From Halomicrobium mukohataei DSM 12286 (GTDB lineage: Archaea > Halobacteriota > Halobacteria > Halobacteriales > Haloarculaceae), in the NCBI RefSeq assembly GCF_000023965.1, contig NC_013202.1:2250001-2282000 (forward strand): a stretch of DNA of 32,000 nt, in the 5' to 3' direction. The notes under the pieces were generated by a model. It made no database searches. It had not been told where the DNA came from and was given only the letters and a program-made list of their open reading frames with translations. Shown here piece after piece: positions 8,008 to 15,565 of this stretch (its first letter is position 1; every line of letters begins with the position of its first letter). The position numbers and the translations under genes were made by a program.

Positions 8008-10119
8008 TCAGACCGATTCGAGCGCAGCCTCGAAGTCGGCCGTCTCGATGACGACCGATTCGGCGCTGGCTGCAACGTCGTCGGGATCGATGTCGTCGGC
8101 GACGGCTCGGATCGCTCGCATCGAGGCTTCCCGGACGAGTGCCTCGATCTGGGCTCCCGAGTACCCCTCCGTCTGGGCCGCCAGCCCGTCCAGATCGACG
8201 CCGTCGCCGAGGGGCTTGTCGGCGGTGTGGACCGCCAGGATCTCGCGACGCGCGGCGCGGTCCGGGTTCGGCACTTCGACGTGCTGCTCGAACCGACCCG
8301 GCCGCAAGAGCGCGTCGTCCAGCGTCTCGCGGCGGTTCGTCGCCGCCAGGACGACGAGGTTGGGGTTCTCCGTGATCCCGTCGAGCTCGGTCAGCAGCTG
8401 GGAGACGACGCGCTCGGAGACCTCGTTGCTCTCCCCGCGCTGGCCCGCGACGGCGTCGATCTCGTCGAGGAAGACGATGCTCGGGGCGGTCTGGCGCGCT
8501 CGCTCGAACATCTCTCTGACCGACTCCTCGGACTCGCCGACGTAGCGATCGAGCAGTTCGGGACCGTTGACGTGGATGAAGTTGACGCCGCTCTCTCCGG
8601 CGATCGCGCGGGCCAGCAGGGTCTTGCCGGTCCCCGGCGGACCGTAGAGGAGCACGCCGCTGGGCGGATCCGTGTCGGTCGCCGAGAAGAGCGGCCCGTA
8701 GGCGAGTGGCCACTCGACGGCCTCCGTGAGCCGCTCTTTCACGTCGTCGAGCCCGCCGACGTCGTCGAACGAGACCGACGGCGACTCGGCGACGTACTCT
8801 CTCATCGCCGAGGGTTCGACGGCCGCCATCGCCGTCTCGAAGTCGGCTCGATTCACGTCCGGGTCGTCGCTCTCTCGTCGCAGCGCCGTCATCGCGGCCT
8901 CCGTGGTCAGCGTCGCCAGGTCCGCGCCGACGAAACCGTGGGTCTGACTCGCCACGTCGTCGAGTTGGATGTCGTCGTCGATCGGCATCTCGCGGGTGTG
9001 TACGTCGAGTATCTCTCGCCGGCCCGGCTCGTCTGGTACGCCGATTTCGATCTCGCGGTCGAAGCGCCCGCCCCGCCGGAGGGCGTCGTCGATCGTGTCG
9101 ACGCGGTTGGTCGCGCCGATGACGACGACCCGCCCGCGGTCTTCCAGCCCGTCCATCAGCGTGAGCAACTGGGCGACGACGCGGTTCTCCATGTCGGCGT
9201 CCTCGTCGCGAGAGCCCGCGATCGAGTCGATCTCGTCGATGAAGAGGATCGACGGCGCGTTGTCCTCGGCGCGCTCGAAGGCCTCTCGCAGCCGCTCCTC
9301 GGATTCGCCCTTGTACTTGGAGACGATCTCCGGGCCGGAGATCGTGTCGAAGTACGCGTCGACCTCGTTGGCGACGGCCCGAGCGATCAGCGTCTTCCCG
9401 GTGCCGGGCGGCCCGTGGAGCAAGACGCCACTGGGCGGGTCGATTCCGAGCCGACGGAACCGCTCGGGCTCGGAGAGTGGCATCTCGATCATCTCGCGGA
9501 TCTGGTCGAGCTCTTCGTCGAGGCCCCCGATATCCTCGTAGTTCACGTCGATGTCGGCCGTTTCGGTCGCCTCGTCCTCGGACGGGGGATTTACCGACGA
9601 CGCGGTCGCCGACTCCTCGCGGTCGCCGCTGTAGGGCAACACTGTGACGCGGGTGTCGTCGGCGACGCGCACGGACCCTTCCGGCGAAGTCGAGCGTACG
9701 AGGAACGTCCCCAGCCCCTCGACGTGGACCTGCTCGTCTCGCTGGACGAGTCGGTCGACGAGCCGGTCGCGGACGGCGTGCTCGTAGGACTCGCTGCCGG
9801 GGAGGGGCTTTGCCGGCTGGACGGTGATCGTCGTCGCGTCGTCGACGCTCGCGTTCGAGACCGTCACGGTGTCGCCGATGTTGACACCGGCGTTGGCCCG
9901 CGTGTCCGCGTCGATTCTGACGAACTGGCCGCCGTCGTCGCTGGCCGGCCAGACCTTGACGACGGTCTTCCTGTCGCCGCCGACGATGATCGGGTCGCCG
10001 CTGAGGACGTTCAGTTCGTCCCGGACCGAGTCCGGCAGCCGGGCGATGCCACGCCCCGCGTCGCGCTTGTTGGCCCCTTCGACTTCGAGCTCGATCCCGC
10101 CAGACGGGTGACCACTCAT
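8008..10119 (-). CDS. cdc48: Cdc48/VCP-type double-ring AAA+ ATPase
   Basis: 703-aa ORF with a Cdc48 N-domain (GIARLPDSVRDELNVLSGDPIIV) and two AAA modules, each with Walker A GPPGTGKT and Walker B (ILFIDEID / IVFLDEID). Confidence 0.95.
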   Translation of the reverse strand: MSGHPSGGIELEVEGANKRDAGRGIARLPDSVRDELNVLSGDPIIVGGDRKTVVKVWPASDDGGQFVRIDADTRANAGVNIGDTVTVSNASVDDATTITVQPAKPLPGSESYEHAVRDRLVDRLVQRDEQVHVEGLGTFLVRSTSPEGSVRVADDTRVTVLPYSGDREESATASSVNPPSEDEATETADIDVNYEDIGGLDEELDQIREMIEMPLSEPERFRRLGIDPPSGVLLHGPPGTGKTLIARAVANEVDAYFDTISGPEIVSKYKGESEERLREAFERAEDNAPSILFIDEIDSIAGSRDEDADMENRVVAQLLTLMDGLEDRGRVVVIGATNRVDTIDDALRRGGRFDREIEIGVPDEPGRREILDVHTREMPIDDDIQLDDVASQTHGFVGADLATLTTEAAMTALRRESDDPDVNRADFETAMAAVEPSAMREYVAESPSVSFDDVGGLDDVKERLTEAVEWPLAYGPLFSATDTDPPSGVLLYGPPGTGKTLLARAIAGESGVNFIHVNGPELLDRYVGESEESVREMFERARQTAPSIVFLDEIDAVAGQRGESNEVSERVVSQLLTELDGITENPNLVVLAATNRRETLDDALLRPGRFEQHVEVPNPDRAARREILAVHTADKPLGDGVDLDGLAAQTEGYSGAQIEALVREASMRAIRAVADDIDPDDVAASAESVVIETADFEAALESV

Positions 10120-10299
10120 GCGCTCGGGTAGAGGTCCGACGGTCTTGATACCGTCGCCTGGTAGCTGGGTGGCGTCCAGCGGTCGCGGTGTCTACCGACG
10201 GCGATCTGGTGGTCGTCTGTCGAACGCAGCCCCGGAGAAACGCCTATACCGGAGGCGTGTGGAACACATGACATGGTCTCTCAAACCGAGCGTGACGAG

Positions 10300-10407
10300 A
10301 TGACCTGGTACGAGTGCGAGCACTGCGGGCTCATGTTCGACGACGAGAGCGACGCCGACCAGCACGAGCGCAACTGTGACTCGGAAGAACCGTCCTACAT
10401 CCAGTAA
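10300..10407 (+). CDS. 35-aa zinc-finger microprotein (C-x2-C ... H-x4-C)
   Basis: ATG 10300 to TAA 10405-10407, translating to MTWYECEHCGLMFDDESDADQHERNCDSEEPSYIQ. It is too short for the supplied ORF track. Acidic, G/C-rich third codon positions, divergent from cdc48. Confidence 0.5.
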   Translation: MTWYECEHCGLMFDDESDADQHERNCDSEEPSYIQ

Positions 10408-10640
10408 ACTACCCTCCCCTACTTCGCTCGGGGGTAATTACCCCGCTCGCTCGTTGAGGGGAGGGCTTTCGCGTGGACTCCCGTTCTACGCCTCGGATGA
10501 GGCGGGAAGGTCGTACTCTCCACTCACGTTCAGCGTCCCGCGATTCAAGCGCACGTCTACGGGTACGCCTCCGGCATCTGCGTTTTGCCGACGCCGGAGA
10601 TACTGCAAACCGATGTTCTTGGAAGCGTTGTAGTCCGCGT
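10408..10640 (-). ncRNA. Predicted TnpB guide RNA (omega/right-end RNA) region; extent approximate
   Basis: By analogy with characterised TnpB systems, the guide RNA scaffold overlaps the tnpB 3' end and the right-end palindrome. There is no expression evidence in the sequence itself. Confidence 0.35.
10412..10465. repeat. Right-end nested palindrome of the IS: CCCTCCCCT..CGGGG-gtaatta-CCCCG..AGGGGAGGG
   Basis: Outer 9-bp arms at 10412-10420 and 10457-10465, with an inner 5-bp stem at 10429-10433 and 10441-10445. Read directly from the sequence. Confidence 0.8.
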
Positions 10641-11691
10641 GGTTCTTGTACCCACACTTCAGACACTCGAACGACTCTTGATGGCGATTGTCGTCGTGGG
10701 TGAACCCACAGGTCGAACATCGCTTCGAAGTGTTGCGTGGGTCCACTTGGACGGATTCGACGCCTTGCTCTCTAGCTTTGTATTCGACGTACTCATAGAG
10801 GCGACGGAACGCCCACAGATGATGCCACGACGCGTCTGGCACGTTCTCACGAATATCGGTCAGATCCTCGAACACGATATGCGAACAGTCGTGTTCGACG
10901 GCTTCAGCGACGATTTCGTTGGCGACACGGTGCAGGAATATCTCGAAGCGCCCGTCCTCTTTCTGTTCAACTCCTTCTATCGCGTCGTGTGCAGCCCGTG
11001 TCCCGCACTGCTGGAGGTCGCCACGCCGTTTCTCGTACTCTCGCTTCCAGTGGTTGAACTCGTCTGCCGACCAGAACCGACCAGTCGAAGCGACCGCGAG
11101 CTGGTTCACACCGAGGTCCACACCGAGGACTGTTCTGTGCCCGGTCGTGGTGTCGGTGTCGTCCTCTTTGAGCATCGATGCATGGAGATACCAGTCGCCA
11201 TCACGTCGATGGAGAGTCGCCCGCCGAAACTCGTACTCCTCGTCTGTGACGTACTTCGTCGGTGGTACGTCAGCGTCGTCAGGGAGGATATAGTCACACC
11301 CGATTCGTCCGTCCACTGTTGACAGCGAAACGTGGTCACGATGGAACGTGGCACTTCGCTTGTCGTAGATTGCGGTATCCGCAGTGAACGTCGGGCGAGA
11401 CGTATCTTGGTCGTTTGTGAGCCGTTCGACGCCGCTTTTGACGGCTTCGACGGCTTGGCGAATCCCCTTCTGGACGAGGTTCGCGGTCAACTCGGTGTCC
11501 TCGCGTAGCTGGTCGTACAGGCCGCGTTCGGCTTTTGCTTTCGAGGTAACGTGGTAGCCGTCGTCGCCGTGCCAGCACCACCTACTCGCGGTGTTGGCGC
11601 AGTATTTGAATTGCTCGACAGTCTCCTGAAGGTGTGCATCCGCGCCTTCGGGCGTGTCGAGCTTGATAACGGCAGTACGACGGTACTCCAC
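10486..11691 (-). CDS. tnpB: TnpB RNA-guided endonuclease (IS1341-type transposase accessory protein)
   Basis: ORF 10486-11745, with the preferred start at GTG 11691 (VEYRRTAVIKL). Motifs present: RuvC-I GVDLGVNQ, RuvC-II IVFEDL, zinc ribbon CSTCG..CLKCG and RuvC-III HADYNASKNIG. Confidence 0.9.
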   Translation of the reverse strand: MEYRRTAVIKLDTPEGADAHLQETVEQFKYCANTASRWCWHGDDGYHVTSKAKAERGLYDQLREDTELTANLVQKGIRQAVEAVKSGVERLTNDQDTSRPTFTADTAIYDKRSATFHRDHVSLSTVDGRIGCDYILPDDADVPPTKYVTDEEYEFRRATLHRRDGDWYLHASMLKEDDTDTTTGHRTVLGVDLGVNQLAVASTGRFWSADEFNHWKREYEKRRGDLQQCGTRAAHDAIEGVEQKEDGRFEIFLHRVANEIVAEAVEHDCSHIVFEDLTDIRENVPDASWHHLWAFRRLYEYVEYKAREQGVESVQVDPRNTSKRCSTCGFTHDDNRHQESFECLKCGYKNHADYNASKNIGLQYLRRRQNADAGGVPVDVRLNRGTLNVSGEYDLPASSEA

Positions 11692-11716
11692 TGTATTTTC
11701 ACATATATACCTGTAG

Positions 11717-11724
11717 TTAATTAA
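11717..11724 (-). promoter_or_regulatory. TATA-box-like TTAATTAA about 26-33 nt upstream of the tnpB GTG start (leaderless-type arrangement)
   Basis: AT-rich octamer inside the IS left end. The spacing fits an archaeal TATA box for a transcript starting at or near the start codon. Confidence 0.3.
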
Positions 11725-11807
11725 TAGTTGGGAGTTAGCAGGCAACAGTTTGGTGGCTAGTCAGTACCATGTCGGCTTCTGCTCACGGCTTCGCCGTTCG
11801 CACGGCC

Positions 11808-11894
11808 CGCGGAACGGAGTTCCGCGCTGTCCTCCCCACCCTACTCGTTTGTGCTTCCGACGTATCGGAAGCCCGGCACTCCTTGAGGGTGGGG
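11808..11894. repeat. Left-end structures of the IS: hairpin CGCGGAAC-gga-GTTCCGCG and nested palindrome CCCCACCCT..CTTCCGA-cgta-TCGGAAG..AGGGTGGGG
   Basis: Hairpin stem at 11808-11815 and 11819-11826. Outer arms at 11834-11842 and 11886-11894, inner stem at 11854-11860 and 11865-11871. Read directly from the sequence. Confidence 0.8.
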
Positions 11895-12055
11895 CCTCCA
11901 CCTTGAATTAGGTGAACTGCTCCGGGGTCAAGCCCCGGAGCTTCTTCCCGTAGACGACTCGTCGATCGACCGCCTCGACGGTCAGAGCGACGCGTTCGTG
12001 CGGCCGCGCACCGCTTTGCGACCCAGCGGCCGCGGATGGCTCGAAACCCCGGAGA

Positions 12056-12484
12056 TCACTCGCTGCTGACGATCTCGTAGCTCCGCTCGCCCATCTCGTC
12101 TTCGACGAACACGAAGACGCGCCCACGGGCGGTTTCGGGATCGGCCTCGACTTCGACGCGCATCGACGTGTCCGTGATCGTCACGCCGGGGAACACCTCT
12201 TCTTGCTCGCCCGTGTCGAGCATGATCCGGCCCACGCCGGTCTCTTCGAGGATGTCGTCGTGGGTGTTGAGATCGTTGACGTACAGCAACACGCCCTCGG
12301 TCTCGTTGGGATCGGTCACGAGGACGTGGACCTCTTTGGCCGGTGCTGCCACGACGCTGTCTTCGACTCGCTCGGGGACGCCGTGGTAGAACACCTCTCG
12401 GCCGTCGGTGTACTCGACCACGACGCCGTCTTCCGTGAGTTCGACCGACAGCGTCTCGGGGGCTACGTCGTTGCGGGCGCTCAT
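12056..12484 (-). CDS. Conserved-looking acidic hypothetical protein (142 aa)
   Basis: Internal ATG at 12484 of ORF 12056-12808 (MSARNDVAPETLSVELTEDGVVVEYTDGREVFYHGVP..). Very acidic, typical haloarchaeal codon bias. The upstream extension is Arg/Pro-rich and implausible. Confidence 0.65.
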   Translation of the reverse strand: MSARNDVAPETLSVELTEDGVVVEYTDGREVFYHGVPERVEDSVVAAPAKEVHVLVTDPNETEGVLLYVNDLNTHDDILEETGVGRIMLDTGEQEEVFPGVTITDTSMRVEVEADPETARGRVFVFVEDEMGERSYEIVSSE

Positions 12485-12580
12485 TGGCGACGGTTCGCCT
12501 CGGACCGGCAAAAGCGCCGCGTTCCACCGGCAGCTACCAGACCGCCACAGGTAAATACGGTCGTGTGGGACAGTGAGACG

Positions 12581-13459
12581 ATGCAGGGGAAGGCTGCGGC
12601 CCCGGCGGCCGGGACGGTGCTGAACGCGCTCGCCACCCACCGCGGGTCGGCGTTCGCCATCGACGAGTACACACACGCGACGGTCGATCTGTTCACCGAG
12701 GCGGAGATCGACGACGACGAGGAGGCGATCGTCGGGGAGATCGCTGGCGCGCCCGACGCCGACACTCGCCTGATCGAGACCTGCGTCGAGTACGTCCTCG
12801 ACGCTCACGGCGAACCAGAGGTGGCCGGTGCCGTCGTCAGAACCGAGAGCGACGTGCCGATGGCCTCGGGTCTCAAGAGCAGTTCGGCGGCCGCCAACGC
12901 GACCGTCATGGCGACGCTGGACGCGCTCGACGGGACCGACCGGATGACGCGAGAGGACATGGCCCGCCTCGGCGTGATGGCGGCGCGAGACGTGGGCGTC
13001 ACGGCCACCGGTGCGTTCGACGACGCCTCCGCCTCGATGCTCGGGGGCGTCACCGTCACGGACAACGACGCCGACGAGCTACTGGCACGCGACGAGATCG
13101 ACTGGGACGTGCTCGTCTACACGCCCCCAGAGCAGGCGTTCAGCGCCGACGCGGACGTGCGCCGCTGTGAGCACGTCGCTCCGATGGCCCGGCTAGTCGA
13201 GGACCTCGCGCTCGACGGCGACTACGAACGAGCGATGACGGTCAACGGACTGGCCTTCTGTGCGGCGCTCGACTTCGACTCGGAGCCACTCATCGAAGCG
13301 ATGCGGCAGGTCGAGGGCGTCTCGCTCTCCGGCACCGGCCCGTCCTACGTCGCCGTCGGCCCACGACCCGCGCTCGAACAGGTCCAGGTCTACTGGGAGC
13401 AGCGCGACGGCAACACCTGGCTGACCACGACCCAAACGGAGGGAACCCACACACTATGA
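12581..13459 (+). CDS. aroK: Archaeal-type shikimate kinase (GHMP kinase family)
   Basis: ATG 12581 within ORF 12203-13459. GHMP motif PMASGLKSSSAAANA. The stop overlaps the chorismate mutase start (ATGA at 13456-13459). Confidence 0.85.
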   Translation: MQGKAAAPAAGTVLNALATHRGSAFAIDEYTHATVDLFTEAEIDDDEEAIVGEIAGAPDADTRLIETCVEYVLDAHGEPEVAGAVVRTESDVPMASGLKSSSAAANATVMATLDALDGTDRMTREDMARLGVMAARDVGVTATGAFDDASASMLGGVTVTDNDADELLARDEIDWDVLVYTPPEQAFSADADVRRCEHVAPMARLVEDLALDGDYERAMTVNGLAFCAALDFDSEPLIEAMRQVEGVSLSGTGPSYVAVGPRPALEQVQVYWEQRDGNTWLTTTQTEGTHTL

Positions 13460-13743
13460 GCACGAATCCAGAGGACATGAGTCTCGACGAACTGCGCACA
13501 GAGATCCAGACGATCGACCGCGAGATCGTCGAGAAGATCGCACAGCGGACCTACGTCGCCGACACGATCGCCGAGGTCAAAGACGAGAAGGGCCTGCCCA
13601 CGACGGACGAAGACCAGGAACAGTCCGTGATGGACCGGGCCGGCGAGAACGCCGAGCGGTTCGACGTGGACGCCAACCTCGTGAAAGCGATCTTCCGGTT
13701 GCTGATCGAACTGAACAAAGTGGAGCAGCGGGAGAGTCGGTAG
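13456..13743 (+). CDS. Chorismate mutase (AroQ class)
   Basis: 95-aa helical ORF. LDELRTEIQTIDREIVEKIAQR..VMDRAGENA..VKAIFRLLIELNK fits the AroQ pattern. Translationally coupled to aroK. Confidence 0.85.
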   Translation: MSTNPEDMSLDELRTEIQTIDREIVEKIAQRTYVADTIAEVKDEKGLPTTDEDQEQSVMDRAGENAERFDVDANLVKAIFRLLIELNKVEQRESR

Positions 13744-13796
13744 CTAGCAGCAAGATTGCGTCGCTATTTATTGGAGTTAATAACTTTTAGACGCCC

Positions 13797-14090
13797 TCAA
13801 ATGACCTCGTGAAGGTGCTGGCCGTACTGTAGATAGAACATTCCGTACACGAGACTTCCGCTAACCAGAAAAACGTAGAGCGGTCGGAGACTCAATCCGA
13901 GGGTGGCGAGCAGAAACCCTATCGCAAGCGGGACGACGAAAAATCCGAGTGCGACGACAACGAGGACCCGTCCAAGCCTGTCGATAATATCTCTCTCTTG
14001 TGAGGCCATAATAGCAATTTTCGAGGTGGAGGGGGTGGTAAATTTCACCACACTCGCCACCTTGTCGGTGAGGTCCATCTCTGCAGACAC
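13797..14090 (-). CDS. Small two-TM membrane protein (hypothetical); the start may instead be ATG 14009
   Basis: 97-aa ORF in a distinctly lower-GC stretch. Hydrophobic helices VLVVVALGFFVVPLAIGFLLATLGL and LYVFLVSGSLVYGMFYL. Three in-frame ATGs are possible (14090, 14078, 14009). Confidence 0.45.
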   Translation of the reverse strand: MSAEMDLTDKVASVVKFTTPSTSKIAIMASQERDIIDRLGRVLVVVALGFFVVPLAIGFLLATLGLSLRPLYVFLVSGSLVYGMFYLQYGQHLHEVI

Positions 14091-14186
14091 CGACGGGTGA
14101 AGACATCATTTTTCCCAGATGCTGTTACACCAGTCCGTGACCTGAACACGGTCGAGCAGCCAGAGCGTCGGTACCACCGGATTCGT

Positions 14187-14573
14187 TCACTCTGCTGTCC
14201 GTTCCTCGGTAGACTCGACGTCGACACCGATACCGTCGTCTTCGACCGCCAGTGTGACGCGCGTGACGGCCAGCCCGAACTGCGTGGGGTGGTTGCTCGA
14301 CCCGTCGACGCTCACTTCCGTATCGACGATGCCAGCCCGGTAGAGCCGTCGCAGTCGACGATACACCGTCGGCTGTGACACGTCGGTGGTCTCGGCGATC
14401 TCCTGGGCCTCCATCGGTTCGTCGGCGATCGCGTCCAGTATGTCGAACGTGTACGGATCGCCGACCAGTTCGAGCAGGTCCTGCCCGTCGGGAACCGTCG
14501 GGCGAGTTGCATCGTCCGTCTCCTCGGAGTGTCGGCCAGACAGCGGGCAATCGGTAGCGGGAAAGTTACTCAT
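14187..14573 (-). CDS. ArsR/TrmB-like winged-helix transcriptional regulator
   Basis: ATG 14573 within ORF 14187-14759 (128 aa). LLELVGDPYTFDILDAIADEPMEAQEIAETTDVSQPTVYRRLRRLYRAGIV is a canonical wHTH. Confidence 0.75.
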   Translation of the reverse strand: MSNFPATDCPLSGRHSEETDDATRPTVPDGQDLLELVGDPYTFDILDAIADEPMEAQEIAETTDVSQPTVYRRLRRLYRAGIVDTEVSVDGSSNHPTQFGLAVTRVTLAVEDDGIGVDVESTEERTAE

Positions 14574-14642
14574 CGATGTATCCGGGCGCGCGTGCGCCCC
14601 GACTCGGTGTTGCCCCGAACACGTATTCATGTCTATTACGAT

Positions 14643-14674
14643 ACTATTTGAACTATCGATACTATCGTAACTAT
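14643..14674. promoter_or_regulatory. Four ACTAT pentamers at exact 9-nt spacing (two imperfect 18-nt tandem units) in the divergent promoter region
   Basis: ACTAT at 14643, 14652, 14661 and 14670, with a related TCTAT at 14632. Flanking hairpins GGGCGC-gcgt-GCGCCC (14584-14599) and GGCAC-atac-GTGCC (14693-14706). AT-rich, lying between two divergent regulator genes. Confidence 0.45.
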
Positions 14675-14710
14675 TTGTACGAAGCGATCGAAGGCACATA
14701 CGTGCCAGAC

Positions 14711-15484
14711 ATGCACGGCTCGGATTCGCTTCGTTCTGTCGAGGAGGTACACATCGCACCGCTTGGCTACGAGTACGACCGCATCGGTGACCCGGTCGTC
14801 GAGTACGGGGTCGACACGCTCCACCTGTTGACCGACAGCGAGCTGGAGACGACCGGGTACCACGAGCGCCTGGAGCGGGAACTCACCGACCACGGCGTCG
14901 CGCTGGCGTACCACGAGACCGATCTCGACGACGTGTACGACGTACTGGGCCGGATCACGACCCTCATCGACGAGCACCAGGGAGACATCGTCCGGGTGAA
15001 CGTCTCCAGCGGTCCGAAGCTCGCGACCGTCGGCGCTGCACTGGCGTGCATGGCGACGGACGCGAGCGGCTACCACGTTCGAACGGCCGAGCACCTCCAC
15101 CCGGTGGCCGAGACGCCACAGACCGGCGAGACGATCATGGCCGAGCAGCTCCCGTCGTATCCCCTGGAGACGCCGACGACGGACCAGGTTCGAATACTGA
15201 ACTACGTCGACGAGCACGATACCGCCGCACACACGCCGAACAAGAGCGAGCTCATCGACTTCGCCGAGCGGGAGGGGCTGGCGTTCATCAGCGACTCGGA
15301 CCCGGCCAACGACAAAGCGAAGTTCGCACTGCTGAACAACCGCATCGTCGAGCCGCTCCTCGAAGACGGCTACGTCGCCGTCGAGTCGGTCGGACGGACC
15401 AAACGGATCTCGCTGACGGAGACGGGGGGGAACGCGTTACGGGCGTTCCGGCACAAGCTGCCCGCCGAGTCCGACGGCGAGTGA
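14711..15484 (+). CDS. Csa3/CARF-like Rossmann N-domain plus C-terminal wHTH regulator (resembles the HFX_2341-type family)
   Basis: ATG 14711 within ORF 14576-15484 (257 aa). The N-terminus VHIAPLGYEYDRI and the later VNVSSGPKLATVGAAL resemble the two CARF/Csa3 signature regions. The C-terminus has ILNYVDEH..NKSELIDFAEREG...GYVAVESVGRTKRISLTETG, a wHTH. Confidence 0.65.
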   Translation: MHGSDSLRSVEEVHIAPLGYEYDRIGDPVVEYGVDTLHLLTDSELETTGYHERLERELTDHGVALAYHETDLDDVYDVLGRITTLIDEHQGDIVRVNVSSGPKLATVGAALACMATDASGYHVRTAEHLHPVAETPQTGETIMAEQLPSYPLETPTTDQVRILNYVDEHDTAAHTPNKSELIDFAEREGLAFISDSDPANDKAKFALLNNRIVEPLLEDGYVAVESVGRTKRISLTETGGNALRAFRHKLPAESDGE

Positions 15485-15565
15485 GCGCGGGACGGTCTCG
15501 TCGCTGGTCGCGTCGCTGGACTGCCCGGTGAGAGCGAACGCTCAGATCCGTCGCCAAAATCGGGA

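Larger units (their letters stand above)
10408..11905 (-). mobile_element. IS200/IS605-family, TnpB-only (IS1341-type) insertion element; ends approximate
   Basis: tnpB ORF flanked by nested palindromes of the same design at 10412-10465 and 11834-11894, plus a hairpin at 11808-11826. GC is visibly lower than in the neighbours. No tnpA is present. Confidence 0.75.

Noticed and set aside
7948-10131. 727-aa plus-strand ORF
   Set aside because: It is exactly antisense to the Cdc48 AAA ATPase gene and has no motifs. It is a GC-driven open frame.
11692-11745. ATG at 11745 as the tnpB start
   Set aside because: The extension (MPANSQLLINYRYICENT) would be encoded by the AT-rich TATA-like region. 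The GTG at 11691 gives the canonical MEYRRTAV-type TnpB N-terminus with a TATA-like box at the right distance.
11908-12126. 72-aa minus-strand ORF next to the IS left end (..VVYGKKLRGLTPEQFT)
   Set aside because: Its N-terminal half overlaps the well-supported acidic gene 12056-12484. The remainder is only ~27 codons with no start, and it covers a perfect 9-bp hairpin (11919-11941). It is more likely non-coding flank or terminator.
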